Source of the DNA: Chiloscyllium plagiosum
Lineage: Eukaryota
Assembly (NCBI RefSeq): GCF_004010195.1
Contig: NC_057719.1
Coordinates: forward strand, 30,413,477-30,477,476
Length of the DNA stretch: 64,000 bases
Direction: 5' to 3'
Of this stretch, positions 63,061 through 64,000 are shown one piece after another. Under the pieces are notes generated by a model. The model ran no database searches. It was given only the letters and a program-made list of their open reading frames with translations, and was not told the origin of the DNA. Numbering within the stretch: the stretch's first letter is position 1; each line of letters begins with the position of its first letter. Both the position numbers and the translations under genes were made by a program.

Positions 63061-63689
63061 ATTGAACGCGACCCCGTGTGCAATGTTAGGCTAAGTGGTT
63101 TTACATACTCACAGGCTGCCAGTAATTTTAATATGCTTGATGAGTGAGTGCATGGACATCTTTATACGAACTGTTATGGACTCAAAACCTTTTTTTTTAA
63201 AGAAAGGACCATTAAAGATTTGCTGACATTTCACCCTATGCTTCCGATCTGCAGTAAAATGGTGCAAATAGAGACTGGCAGATTGGAGGACCTTCTCACA
63301 AGGCTGTTCCTTGGCCCAGCCAAAGTGCGTATTAACAAGGTCAGACAGCAGACAGTCAAGGGGATTGTTGCAAGCAATTGTCTGTCTCTCTTTGTTGGTT
63401 CCACCCACACCCAGGTGTCCTCAGAAAGGAAGTACATTGTGTCCACTAGAATAAGGCCCTGAAGTGCACAGTGACCACCCCACCCCTCCCCTCCAAATGA
63501 CATGTTAAATTAAAATTTCCAAGTTTCATTGGTACTTTGGTCTTTGCAACATATCCCCATGAGGGACTGGTTTATTTATTTTAAAATTGTAGAAAGGAAG
63601 ATTGATGGCACCCAATCACAAGCCGCTAATGGTTGGTAAAATGAGTCCAAAAATAACAACCACCACCTTTTCTGCTTGATTTTCAATGA

Positions 63690-64000
63690 TTCAATTTCGC
63701 AATATCAATGTGCAGAGGGTGTTCATTGACCATAAATTAAACTGTACCAACCATATAAATCCTGTGGCTATGAGCGCAGGTTAGAAACTAGAATTGTGCA
63801 AGTAATTCAATTTCTGTCACTCCAAAGCCTGTCCACTATCTACAAAGTGCAAAGCAGAAGAGTGATTGAATATTCTCTAATTGCCTGGATAGATGCAGCT
63901 CCATAAATACAAAAAGCTTAACAACATCCAGGACAAAGCAGCCTCCTTCATAGCATCCATCAAATTACCTTCAACATTTAGTGCCTCTCCAATCAAAGCA
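63690..64000 (+). mobile_element. Decayed CR1-clade LINE fragment
   Basis: Matches ~21630-21850 (cattgacca...ttgcctggat...gcagctcca...catccaggacaaagc). Confidence 0.6.

Larger units (their letters stand above)
60150..63500 (+). mobile_element. Decayed Tx1-like (L1 clade) LINE ORF2, interrupted by a SINE and a CR1
   Basis: VLTLLTKKGD..LKNWYQVSPLRNEYKKFARAM, HPHQSY...IYDN and LLDQKA resemble Tx1/L1 RT motifs (TLLPKKGD..KNWRPISLL, LDQEKAFD). C-terminal LFLGPAKVRINKVR. Boundaries approximate. Confidence 0.7.

Noticed and set aside
59295..64000. PTPN21 ATG exon or promoter/CpG island
   Set aside because: No MPLPFG-like coding sequence or CpG island was found; the region is explained by repeats.

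Overview
Vertebrate genomic DNA, most likely a cartilaginous fish (shark), inferred from HE1-type tRNA SINEs, their partner CR1/HER1-type LINEs and Deu-domain SINEs. The whole window lies inside one minus-strand gene, the FERM-domain tyrosine phosphatase PTPN21 (PTPD1). I traced 14 internal coding exons by hand (59294 down to 1973; 2793 nt, 931 codons). All are GT-AG and splice in frame, covering most of the FERM domain, the long linker and the first part of the PTP domain. The ATG exon and the last exons were not found and presumably lie outside the window. The introns are full of retroelements: CR1, L2, Rex1/Babar, a Tx1-like LINE, a solo LTR, SINEs, a MITE and many Penelope-like element (PLE) fragments carrying minimal hammerhead-ribozyme motifs. 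There is one 865-N assembly gap. The most unusual signals are (1) a ~510-bp, ~97% identical inverted duplication around a PLE-like spacer, ~190 nt from a splice acceptor, and (2) palindromic PLE ends with back-to-back hammerheads, where the copy on the PTPN21 pre-mRNA strand carries the same core mutation in two separate insertions. Exon numbers follow my recollection of the human gene, and repeat boundaries are approximate.
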